Assembly (NCBI GenBank): GCA_964401205.1
Contig: CAYNXO010000001.1
Span: 1 to 42,367 of the forward strand
Length of the DNA stretch: 42,367 nucleotides
Reading direction: 5' to 3'
DNA from: Candidatus Undinarchaeota archaeon
GTDB lineage: Archaea > Undinarchaeota > Undinarchaeia > Undinarchaeales > Naiadarchaeaceae
Shown here piece after piece: positions 34,750 through 42,367 of the stretch; position 1 is the first letter of the stretch, and each line of letters opens with the position of its first letter. The notes beneath the pieces were generated by a model. That model was not told the origin of the DNA, made no database searches, and saw only the letters and a program-made list of their open reading frames with translations. The translations under genes were made by a program, and so were the position numbers.

Positions 34750-35784
34750 TTAATTAGAGCATATCGATTTCGTCAGAAGATTATCGTGAATTTTGATTGT
34801 TTTTCCGAAAAAATGTTCACAGGCCCAGATGTTAGTGTGGCTGTGCTTGGTCAATTCAGAGAATTTTACTGCAAAATCGGTTTGTGAGAGTGCGAGAAAA
34901 GGAATTATCTGATCCAGAGTGCGTTTATCAACAGTCGCTCCTGCCTGAAAATCCTCAATCAGCGATTGCGCTGCATTTTTCCCGACAACCTCTGCACTTA
35001 TTTTTTGTTCGCCAATCTCTGCTGCACCTAAAATCGCGCCATTTTGAGTTGTGAGACATAGCGAGATAGCACTTCCGGCACTTTCAGTGTCAAAATATTC
35101 TGTTTTTATGTCCGCAGAGAAATTCAGCCTGTTAAAAATTTCTCCGCGGCTAGAAACTTTCTGCCGCTCAGCAACTTTTTTGCTTTCAAGATGCCTGCTC
35201 GCAATAGAAATCCCCTTCACAGAAAGAATTTTTCCGCTTTCAACTAAATTCAGCGGAGAAATTTTCTCTGCTGGATGAAAAATCGCAGAAACCTTTGCCC
35301 CGCCCTTTGGGTAAAAACCATGCGACTCAACTTTCAACTCAATTTTATACCCCATCTTCTCCAAAATCTTATAAGTTACATCCTTCACAAAATCGATAGG
35401 CGGCGCCCACTTTCCATATGTTGCTCCGCCTGAAATTTCAACTTTTACTGGATTTTTTGCCTTTAATGAAGCAATTTGAAGCGCCTGAAGAACCAATCCA
35501 ACACTTCCTGCGGTTTCAACACGCACTTTCACCCTTTCAGCAAAAATTTTTTCAGGAAAAAAGGAAATTTCTGTTGAATTCAGCTCAGCTCCCTTTAATT
35601 TTCCACTGCAAAGCTCCGCAACTGCCTTTATCCCCTGCAAATGCTGCTCTTTTAACCCAGGATTCTGCCGGTTTTTCCTAATATTATATACATGAATCGG
35701 CTTTTGGGTAAAAACACTTAACCCTACAGCTGTCCTGAGTATTGCTCCTCCTCCCTCCCCATAACTCCCGTCTATTTCAATCAT
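34750..35784 (-). CDS. rtcA: RNA 3'-terminal phosphate cyclase
   Basis: MIEIDGSYGEGGGAILRTAVGLS and the overall RtcA pattern. 344 aa. Confidence 0.9.
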   Translation of the reverse strand: MIEIDGSYGEGGGAILRTAVGLSVFTQKPIHVYNIRKNRQNPGLKEQHLQGIKAVAELCSGKLKGAELNSTEISFFPEKIFAERVKVRVETAGSVGLVLQALQIASLKAKNPVKVEISGGATYGKWAPPIDFVKDVTYKILEKMGYKIELKVESHGFYPKGGAKVSAIFHPAEKISPLNLVESGKILSVKGISIASRHLESKKVAERQKVSSRGEIFNRLNFSADIKTEYFDTESAGSAISLCLTTQNGAILGAAEIGEQKISAEVVGKNAAQSLIEDFQAGATVDKRTLDQIIPFLALSQTDFAVKFSELTKHSHTNIWACEHFFGKTIKIHDNLLTKSICSN

Positions 35785-35843
35785 CCCTAACTACCCTTAA
35801 TTAATAATTATTATATACAAGTATCGCCTATTCCTTTAAAAAC

Positions 35844-37346
35844 ATGAAAATTTCCTACAATTCTGAGCCATTAGAAAAGATAAAAACAGAATGCCTTGCA
35901 ATAGGGCTTTTTGAGGAAGAGCCACTGCTGGCTGAAGCAAGGAAGCTTGACCTTGCCATAGGCAATCAAATAACCTCGCTTCTTAAATCAAAGGACTTTA
36001 AGGCAGAGCCCAATGAAATCTACCTTTTACCAACAAGCAATAAAGTGCCTGCAAGGCGAATCCTGCTCATAGGCCTTGGAAAAAAGAATGAATTTGAAAT
36101 CGACACAGCAAGGCAGGCAGCCGCGACAGCAGTCCATGAGCTGCGGGCCAAGAAAATCACTGCCTTTTCATCAGCCCTTTTTGGAGCAGGCATAAAAGGC
36201 CCTACGTCAGAGCTTGCAAAGGCAATTGCAGAAGGCGCTATTTTGGGAAATTACGCATTCCAGACTTACCAGACAGAAGAAAAAAGGAAAACAAAGCCTG
36301 TTGAAAGCCTTGAATTAATTTACAAGGACAAATCAGAGATTTCAAGATTCAGAGATGTTGTTGAAGATGCCGCAAAAGTCGCTGAAATAGTAAATTACTG
36401 CCGCGAAACTGCAAACCAGCCTGCGAATATAGCAACTCCATCTTATATTGCAGGAGAAGCAGAAAAATTAGGAAGAAAATACAACTTCAAAGTCACTGTT
36501 TATGACAAAAAAGGAATTGAGAAATTAGGATTTAATGCAATTCTTGCAGTAAGCGCAGGATCAACCCAGGAGCCGAGATTTGTAGTTGCTGAATACAAGC
36601 CAAAATCAGCTAGCAGCGGGCCTGTTTGCCTTGTTGGCAAAACAATCACTTTTGACTCAGGCGGGCTTGACTTGAAGGGCGAAAAATACATGGAGAACAT
36701 GAAATTTGACAAATGCGGGGGAATTACAGTGCTTGGGGCAATCGCAGCAGCTGCAGCAACTGAATCTTCTGCGCATTTAATAGGATTAATACCAATTTCA
36801 GAGAACCTGCCATCAGGAAGCGCTTACAAAGTAGGGGATATTTACAAAACATTCAGCGGAACAACAATTGAAATTGCAAACACAGATGCAGAGGGCAGGG
36901 TTTTGATGTCTGATGCAATTGCATATACAAAGGAATTCAGGCCAAAAGCAGTAATTGACCTCGCAACACTTACAGGAGCATGCGTTGTTGCACTCGGAAA
37001 CCAGGCAGCAGGGCTTCATGGCAATGACAAAAAGCTTATTGACCGGGTAAAAGCAGCCTCTGAAGCCACTTCAGAACGAGTCTGGGAACTTCCAATGTGG
37101 AAGGAATACGGGGAACAGATAAAAAGCGAAGTTGCTGACATTAAAAACCTTGGCGAGGAAGGAGCAGGCACAATCACAGCAGCAAAATTCCTTGAAAAAT
37201 TCGTTCCAAAGGACACTGCTTGGGCTCATCTGGATATTGCAGGTGTTGCCTACACTGAGAAAAACCCTACTAAAACTTACATTAGCAAGGGAAGCACTGG
37301 ATATGGCATAAGACTGCTCACTGAACTCTTCAAAAACTGGCGCTGA
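35844..37346 (+). CDS. pepA: Leucyl aminopeptidase, peptidase M17
   Basis: NTDAEGR signature (IANTDAEGRVLMSDA) and GKTITFDSGG. Confidence 0.9.
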   Translation: MKISYNSEPLEKIKTECLAIGLFEEEPLLAEARKLDLAIGNQITSLLKSKDFKAEPNEIYLLPTSNKVPARRILLIGLGKKNEFEIDTARQAAATAVHELRAKKITAFSSALFGAGIKGPTSELAKAIAEGAILGNYAFQTYQTEEKRKTKPVESLELIYKDKSEISRFRDVVEDAAKVAEIVNYCRETANQPANIATPSYIAGEAEKLGRKYNFKVTVYDKKGIEKLGFNAILAVSAGSTQEPRFVVAEYKPKSASSGPVCLVGKTITFDSGGLDLKGEKYMENMKFDKCGGITVLGAIAAAAATESSAHLIGLIPISENLPSGSAYKVGDIYKTFSGTTIEIANTDAEGRVLMSDAIAYTKEFRPKAVIDLATLTGACVVALGNQAAGLHGNDKKLIDRVKAASEATSERVWELPMWKEYGEQIKSEVADIKNLGEEGAGTITAAKFLEKFVPKDTAWAHLDIAGVAYTEKNPTKTYISKGSTGYGIRLLTELFKNWR

Positions 37347-37487
37347 TAACTATGTTTCTACATCACATTATAAAGGTGTGAAAACGCCACAAAATAAGCT
37401 TTGCCTTCACTTTAATACAGTATGAAACGAACTTCTTCTCACATTTTTAGGTTTGGGAAAAATGCTTTTATAAAATTAAAAATAACT

Positions 37488-38048
37488 TTAGGCCTTGATA
37501 ATATTCCTTATTGCCTTTATTCTAGCCACGCCCCATTCAAACTCTTCTTCTTTTCCTAATTTTCTTGCGAGTTTTGAAGCCTCGCTGAGATATTCAAAGG
37601 CCAACTTATAGTTTTTTCTTTCAAATTCGAGCGCACCCCGCGCATATTTTTTGTAAAATATGGCATTTGTATAAGTCTTATCAATTTTCAGCGCTTCATC
37701 AAAAAGTTTTATCGCCTCGCTCTTATCGCCAATATCAAACTCAAGGTCACCTAACTTTGTAAAAGCGGCTGCTGTTTTTTTGCTCCTTTTGATTGCTTCC
37801 TCAAAACACTTTTTTACGTCTCCTTCCTTTCCCATTGAGCGGAGCGTAATCCCCTTACAATACCATGCCTCTGGAAGCTCATCTTCCAGCCCAAGAATTT
37901 CGTTCCACAATTTAAGTGCAGTTGCATAATCGCCTTTCTTATGCGCCTTAAAAGCTTTCTCGCTCAATAAGCCAATTTCCCACTCAAGTTTCCCCTCAAT
38001 TCCAGGGGATATATCAAATTTTGTGTTCCTGTCCGAAACTCGTGCCAT
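37488..38048 (-). CDS. TPR-repeat protein
   Basis: Repeated W..G..L......A...F..A pattern (AWYCKGITL, AIKLFDEALKID). Confidence 0.7.
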   Translation of the reverse strand: MARVSDRNTKFDISPGIEGKLEWEIGLLSEKAFKAHKKGDYATALKLWNEILGLEDELPEAWYCKGITLRSMGKEGDVKKCFEEAIKRSKKTAAAFTKLGDLEFDIGDKSEAIKLFDEALKIDKTYTNAIFYKKYARGALEFERKNYKLAFEYLSEASKLARKLGKEEEFEWGVARIKAIRNIIKA

Positions 38049-38117
38049 AATCTTAAAAGTGTTCCCCGTTCTTTATAAACTATCTGCCCGTGCACCTTTT
38101 CCCAACATTTGGATTAG

Positions 38118-38840
38118 TTAATGCGGTTTTTTCAGACCCTCTACTGCTCTTTTGAAAATATCTTCTTTCTTGGTTTGCCTTGCAATCTTTGCAGTTTCAC
38201 TAAACAGCTCTTTTGCCTTTGCTCTTAATTCTTCCCCCTTCCTTTTGCTTACTCTTTTTTCACTTAGAATTGCCAGAGTCTCTGCTTTTTTCACCTTTGC
38301 CAACAAGTCATCTTCTTTGTCTATTATTATTTCCAAAACCTTGAGTGCATTTTCATACTGTTTTAGTTTTGCAAGTGCATCAGCCTTGCTGTGCAATACT
38401 TGTGTTTCAAAAAAGAACTCCTTTTCCTTTGATAAACGGGCCAGCTCCCGGTCAAAATATGCAACAGCCTGCTTGTATTTTCCAACTTTGGCACAAGATT
38501 CCCCCTTTTTGTATGCGTTTTTAGGAGCATTAATTATTTCAGGGCATTTTTTCTCGCCATCATCAAAACACTTAAGTGCATCTTTGTATTTTTCAAGCCC
38601 TAAGAGCGCCTCTCCCTTATACCACAACAGCTGGCCGTCCAGTTTTTTTCCTAACATTTCTCTTGGATATTTGTTAAGCAGGCCTGAAAGGATTTTTTCT
38701 GCAGCTTCATAATCTCCGTTATTAATTGCCTGCACAGCCTCGTCTATGGGCTCCAGTATTGCTTTTCTGAGCTCCCCATACCGTTTTATTTTGCCCCACC
38801 TTTCTTTCAATTCAGCAAGGTCAAGATTAGTTTCTGTCAT
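38118..38840 (-). CDS. TPR-repeat protein
   Basis: Several 34-aa TPR-like units (YEAAEKIL, YKDALKCFD, YKQAVAYFD, YENALKVLE). Confidence 0.7.
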   Translation of the reverse strand: MTETNLDLAELKERWGKIKRYGELRKAILEPIDEAVQAINNGDYEAAEKILSGLLNKYPREMLGKKLDGQLLWYKGEALLGLEKYKDALKCFDDGEKKCPEIINAPKNAYKKGESCAKVGKYKQAVAYFDRELARLSKEKEFFFETQVLHSKADALAKLKQYENALKVLEIIIDKEDDLLAKVKKAETLAILSEKRVSKRKGEELRAKAKELFSETAKIARQTKKEDIFKRAVEGLKKPH

Positions 38841-38971
38841 AATTGCATAGTGTACTAACTCCTTTAATATCTTTAATATAGCCGTAATATTATTCTGTTA
38901 AGCTCGAATTCCACCGCAAATCAGTCTGACGCAAATAATTATATATCAATATTCTAAACTTAGCTATAGCC

Positions 38972-40249
38972 ATGATTGACATCAATCTTTTGCGCACAAA
39001 CCCGGAAATTGCAGTTAAATCCCAGAAAAAAAGAGGTTTAGACACTTCAATAATTGGAGAAGTGCTTTCTGTTGACAAAAAATGGCGCAATCTGAAAGGT
39101 GAAATTGACAATCTAAGGGCTGAGAAAAATAAAACCGGGGAGGAAATCGGAAAATTAAAGAAACAGGGAAAGACTCCGGCTGAACTTTTAAAGAAAATCT
39201 CTGCAATTTCAGAAGAGACAAAGAAAAAAGAAGAGCCCCTTGCTCTTTTAGAGAAAGAAAGGGACAAATTACTTTTAGATATCCCGAATATTTTGCATGA
39301 AACAGTTCCAGCCGGCAAGGATGACACTGAAAGCGTTGTTGTACGAACCCATGGAAAAATCCCTAAATTCACTTTCAAGCCAAAAGACCACATTGATTTG
39401 GGCTTGGCACTTGATTTATTTGACATTGAAAGGGCTGCAAAGACATCCGGCGCGAGATTTTACTTCCTGAAAAACGAAGCAGCACTTCTTGAGCTTGCAG
39501 TAGCGCAGTACGCACTTGATTTTCTCGTGAACAAGAAAAAATTTATCCCTTTGATTGTTCCGAATTTGGTAAAAGAGCAGGTGATGTATGGAGTCGGAAT
39601 GCTGCCTCACTCAAAATCAGAAATTTTCAAAATAGAAGGGCATGACTTGTATTTAATATTAACATCAGAGCACGCAATTGGCGGCTTCCATATGGCTGAA
39701 ACATTTAATGAGAAGGATTTGCCAAAGAGGTATGCTGGATTTTCTGCGTGCTACAGGACAGAAGCAGGTGCGCACGGAAGGGATACAAAAGGAATTTTCA
39801 GAGTCCATCAGTTTAACAAGGTTGAAATGTTCATTTTCTGCAAGCCAGAGGAATCCTGGAAAGAGCACGAGATGTTAATTAAAAACGCAGAAGAGCTTGT
39901 AAAGGGCCTGGAACTCCCTTACAGGGTTACAAACATCTGCACAGGAGATATTGGAACAGTTGCTGCAAAGAAATACGATGTTGAAGCCTGGTTCCCTGGG
40001 CAGAATGCATACCGCGAAATAATCTCATGCTCAAACTGCACAGACTTCCAGGCACGCCGCCTTAATATCAGAGTCCTCAGGCCAGGAATGAAGACAGATA
40101 TCATTCACACACTTAACTCAACTGCGCTTGCTATTGGAAGGACAATAGTTGCAATTCTTGAGAACAACCAGAATAAGGACGGCTCAATAAATATTCCAAA
40201 AGCACTGCAAAAATACTGCGGATTTAAGAAAATTGAAGCAAAGAAATAG
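38972..40249 (+). CDS. serS: Seryl-tRNA synthetase
   Basis: N-terminal coiled-coil arm (MIDINLLR...) and class II motifs (FRVHQFNKVE, GTVAAKKYDVEAW, ALAIGRT). TATA TTATATAT lies about 30 nt upstream. Confidence 0.95.
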   Translation: MIDINLLRTNPEIAVKSQKKRGLDTSIIGEVLSVDKKWRNLKGEIDNLRAEKNKTGEEIGKLKKQGKTPAELLKKISAISEETKKKEEPLALLEKERDKLLLDIPNILHETVPAGKDDTESVVVRTHGKIPKFTFKPKDHIDLGLALDLFDIERAAKTSGARFYFLKNEAALLELAVAQYALDFLVNKKKFIPLIVPNLVKEQVMYGVGMLPHSKSEIFKIEGHDLYLILTSEHAIGGFHMAETFNEKDLPKRYAGFSACYRTEAGAHGRDTKGIFRVHQFNKVEMFIFCKPEESWKEHEMLIKNAEELVKGLELPYRVTNICTGDIGTVAAKKYDVEAWFPGQNAYREIISCSNCTDFQARRLNIRVLRPGMKTDIIHTLNSTALAIGRTIVAILENNQNKDGSINIPKALQKYCGFKKIEAKK

Positions 40250-40339
40250 TTTTTTTATAAAAACCGCGTTTTGGAAAACTAAATAAACTAATCTTTTCTC
40301 AATACCCGCGTTATGAATCAGCAAAACGTGCCTCTTTCA

Positions 40340-40439
40340 GCTTTTTTGCCACTACACAAATCGCAGCTACTAAGTGGGCAAAAAACCTGGGAAAAAAGGC
40401 TCGTGCGCTTACAGTGCAGAGCAAGTGTGGTGATGCGCC
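40340..40439 (+). repeat. Family-1 structured element, copy C (serS-aminotransferase intercistronic)
   Basis: GCTTTTTTGCCACT...AGTGGGCAAAAAACCTGGGAAAAAAGGCT...AGCAAGTGTGGTGATGCGCC. The stem pairs 40342-40350 with 40377-40385. The element ends 24 nt before ATG 40464. Confidence 0.75.
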
Positions 40440-40463
40440 AACTTAAAAAGAAGGGTGAAAGCA

Positions 40464-41552
40464 ATGAACGCTAACACGAAAAACGTCCCTCTTTTAATGA
40501 CCCCTGGTCCAACAGTTGTTCCAGACAGAATTTTGCAGGCCCTTTCAAGGCCGTTAATCCACCACAGGGAAAAAGAATTCCTTGAAATGTCAAAAGTATG
40601 CATTGGCAGGCTAAAGCAGCTTTTCAAGACAGAAAACGATCCCTTTATAATAACCTCCTCTGGAACAGGGGCAATGGAAGCAGCTGTTTCAAACGTAATT
40701 AACCCTGGCGACAAAGTGCTTTCAATTGTCAACGGAATTTTTTCAGAGCGGCTGAGCAACATTGCAACTGCCTTTGGCGCGCAGGTACGAACGCTGAGCG
40801 TTCCCTGGGGCCAGGCAGTTGATATCCAGAAATTCAAAGACCTTTTCAAAAGCACGAACTACAAATTAGTCACAGTTGTCCATAATGAGACTTCAACAGG
40901 CGCGAGAAATGACATTGCTCCTATCGGAAAAATTGTGAAAGACACAAACACCCTGCTTGCCTGTGACGTAATTTCAAGCCTTGGCGGAGATGACATAAGA
41001 ACAGATGAATGGGGCGTTGATTTCTGCATAGCAGGAAGCCAGAAATGCCTTATGCTCCCCCCCGGGCTCTCATTTATAACTGTTTCAGAAAAGGCATGGA
41101 AAGAGGTTGACAAGAAACAGGGCGGCCGCTTTTACTTTAATCTGAAAAAATACAAGGAAAAGTATCCTGACAACCCATGGACAACTGCAATTAACCTTGT
41201 TTTTGGCCTGAATGAAAGCCTTGAAATGATTTTTGAAGAGGGGCCTGAAAACTGCATAAAAAGGCACGCGGAAGTTGCAGCCCACTGCAGAAAGGAAATT
41301 AAAAAGCTCGGGTTTGAGCTTTTTGTAAAGCCTGAAAGCTCCTGTTCGCAAACCCTGACTTCAATTGCTGCGGGTTCAAGGGATGTTGAAAAATTGCGCT
41401 CAATTGTCAAGCAGAAATACAACATACAGATGGCAGGCGGGCAAAAAGAAATGAAAGGAAAGATATTCAGAATCGGCCACATGGGTTCAATCGGGAAAAA
41501 AGAAGTGGACATGACAATTGATGCTATTTCAAAGGCGCTGAAGGAGCTGTAA
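40464..41552 (+). CDS. Class V pyridoxal-phosphate aminotransferase (serine-glyoxylate / phosphoserine aminotransferase-like)
   Basis: LLMTPGPT N-terminus and the SQK PLP-lysine motif (AGSQKCLMLPPGLSF). The GTG at 40455 is an alternative start. Confidence 0.85.
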   Translation: MNANTKNVPLLMTPGPTVVPDRILQALSRPLIHHREKEFLEMSKVCIGRLKQLFKTENDPFIITSSGTGAMEAAVSNVINPGDKVLSIVNGIFSERLSNIATAFGAQVRTLSVPWGQAVDIQKFKDLFKSTNYKLVTVVHNETSTGARNDIAPIGKIVKDTNTLLACDVISSLGGDDIRTDEWGVDFCIAGSQKCLMLPPGLSFITVSEKAWKEVDKKQGGRFYFNLKKYKEKYPDNPWTTAINLVFGLNESLEMIFEEGPENCIKRHAEVAAHCRKEIKKLGFELFVKPESSCSQTLTSIAAGSRDVEKLRSIVKQKYNIQMAGGQKEMKGKIFRIGHMGSIGKKEVDMTIDAISKALKEL

Positions 41553-41563
41553 AATAAATTAAG

Positions 41564-41624
41564 GCTAGTAGCTTGTAGCTAGTGGCTCGTAGCGCTACAA
41601 GCGACCAGCGACGAGCGACAAGCT
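41564..41624. repeat. Inverted array of heptamer repeats (GCTNGTR x4 / ACNAGCG x4)
   Basis: GCTAGTA GCTTGTA GCTAGTG GCTCGTA is followed by ACAAGCG ACCAGCG ACGAGCG ACAAGCT. The whole can fold into a long imperfect hairpin. Confidence 0.7.
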
Positions 41625-41646
41625 GAACCAATTTGACAGGATAAAA

Positions 41647-42367
41647 ATGATTTTAATTGCATTCCCCTATGCGGAAGACACCGGGATTAAAGTTGTGAAA
41701 GCCTCCCTTGAAAGGCAAAAGGATTTTTTTGAACATGTTTTTCTTGGCAAAGTCAAGAATGAGAAGGTAAGGGCAGGAAAAATCTTCGCAAAGGCAAAGA
41801 AGCTTTCGCAGAAAGGGAAGCGAATTGACTCAATTGTTATAATGCGAACTGCCCTTTCCAATTCTGAAAAACTAAAGCTTTCTTATGTTCCCCGCGGGTT
41901 AAATGAGAATCTTTTGGCATTTATTGAAGGGCAGAAGAACTCCAGGGCAAAATTCAAGCCAGAGTTTCTTGAATTTAACAAAACAGAATTTCCAGTACAA
42001 CTAAAGGAGCTTGCAAATTTCAGCCCCTTTGCCTTATTGCTGGAATTTTCCTTTAACAGGAACAATCCATTTGATTATGATTTGCGGAAGTTCAGGAAGA
42101 AAAAAGCTTCTGAATCCCTTTTGCTAGCAATTAAAAACCTGAAGAAATTCCTGAAAGAATTGGAGGAGCACTGCAGGAAAAAAGCAGCATCAGCCTCAAG
42201 AAAGCGCTCAAAGGAAATTTCAGAGCAGTCAAGCACATTTGAAGGCCTTGAGAAGATGCTAATTGCCGATAAAAAGAAAGTTGATGCTGAACCAGACAAG
42301 GCAAAACGGCCGTTGCTTGAAGCTGAGTGGAGAAAAAACGGCGAAGAAAAGATGTTTTCCCTTGTCA
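41647..42367 (+). CDS. Hypothetical K/E-rich protein, 3' end runs off the window (not in ORF track)
   Basis: My own translation is open for 240 codons from ATG 41647 (MILIAFPYAEDTGIKVVKASLERQKDFF...AEWRKNGEEKMFSLV) with no stop. The three listed minus-strand ORFs here are its antisense shadows. Confidence 0.65.
   Translation, partial: MILIAFPYAEDTGIKVVKASLERQKDFFEHVFLGKVKNEKVRAGKIFAKAKKLSQKGKRIDSIVIMRTALSNSEKLKLSYVPRGLNENLLAFIEGQKNSRAKFKPEFLEFNKTEFPVQLKELANFSPFALLLEFSFNRNNPFDYDLRKFRKKKASESLLLAIKNLKKFLKELEEHCRKKAASASRKRSKEISEQSSTFEGLEKMLIADKKKVDAEPDKAKRPLLEAEWRKNGEEKMFSLV

Noticed and set aside
31283-34750. Integrated virus or plasmid at tRNA-Gly
   Set aside because: No integrase, no capsid or replication genes, and no direct repeat of the tRNA 3' half were found downstream. 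A core ribosomal gene (eL41) lies inside. It is reported only as a repeat-rich, wHTH-rich patch.
38890-39426. 178-aa minus-strand ORF, and similar antisense ORFs inside the atp genes, polC, hef, serS and the aminotransferase (for example 40409..40855 and 8459..9151)
   Set aside because: These are shadows of strongly supported genes on the opposite strand, with low-complexity Ser/Phe/Leu-rich translations.
41667-42299. Three listed minus-strand ORFs at the right edge
   Set aside because: They tile the antisense strand of a continuous 240-codon plus-strand frame that the track omits because it has no stop within the window.
1-42367. CRISPR arrays, inteins, rRNA genes, IS elements
   Set aside because: The repeated hairpins are not regularly spaced and have no spacer structure. 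AtpA (about 587 aa) and PolD DP2 (about 1187 aa) have intein-free lengths. No transposase-like or rRNA-like sequence was recognised.

Overview
This is an AT-rich, compact archaeal chromosomal window. No rRNA, CRISPR array, transposase or integrase was recognised. PolD, an A-type ATP synthase, Orc1/Cdc6, Hef, eL41 and an intron-containing tRNA suggest a small-genome euryarchaeal or DPANN-like lineage, but that is inference only. All family calls come from motif recall; no searches were run.

Gene content, left to right:
- A 5'-truncated radical SAM gene and a TctA-like permease.
- A complete atpHIKECFABD operon, followed by two unlisted mini-ORFs.
- A replication island on the minus strand: Orc1/Cdc6, then PolD DP1, then DP2. 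A predicted oriC with inverted ORB boxes lies just upstream of orc1.
- A PadR-like gene, an RNase H-fold (DUF460-like) gene and Hef.
- purB, an M50 protease and a PRC-barrel protein.
- A pdaD-dys-speB (agmatine/hypusine) operon.
- Two secreted or surface proteins. One has a tail-fibre-like N-terminus and a C-terminal domain resembling metazoan CTHRC1.
- tRNA-Gly(CCC) with a 17-nt intron.
- A patch dense in wHTH genes and repeats, which hides an unlisted eL41 gene.
- rtcA, an M17 aminopeptidase, two TPR proteins, serS and a class V aminotransferase.
- An unlisted ORF that runs off the 3' edge.

The most unusual signal is non-coding. Several families of structured intergenic repeats show compensatory stem changes:
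- A ~100-nt element ends 9-24 nt before start codons. Copies lie between DP1 and DP2, between serS and the aminotransferase, and inside a duplicated promoter-like cassette.
- A second element overlaps the atpF start codon and recurs after eL41.
- Tandem-hairpin leaders sharing a TGAAACC-N3-GGTTTCA palindrome precede pdaD and a neighbouring gene.
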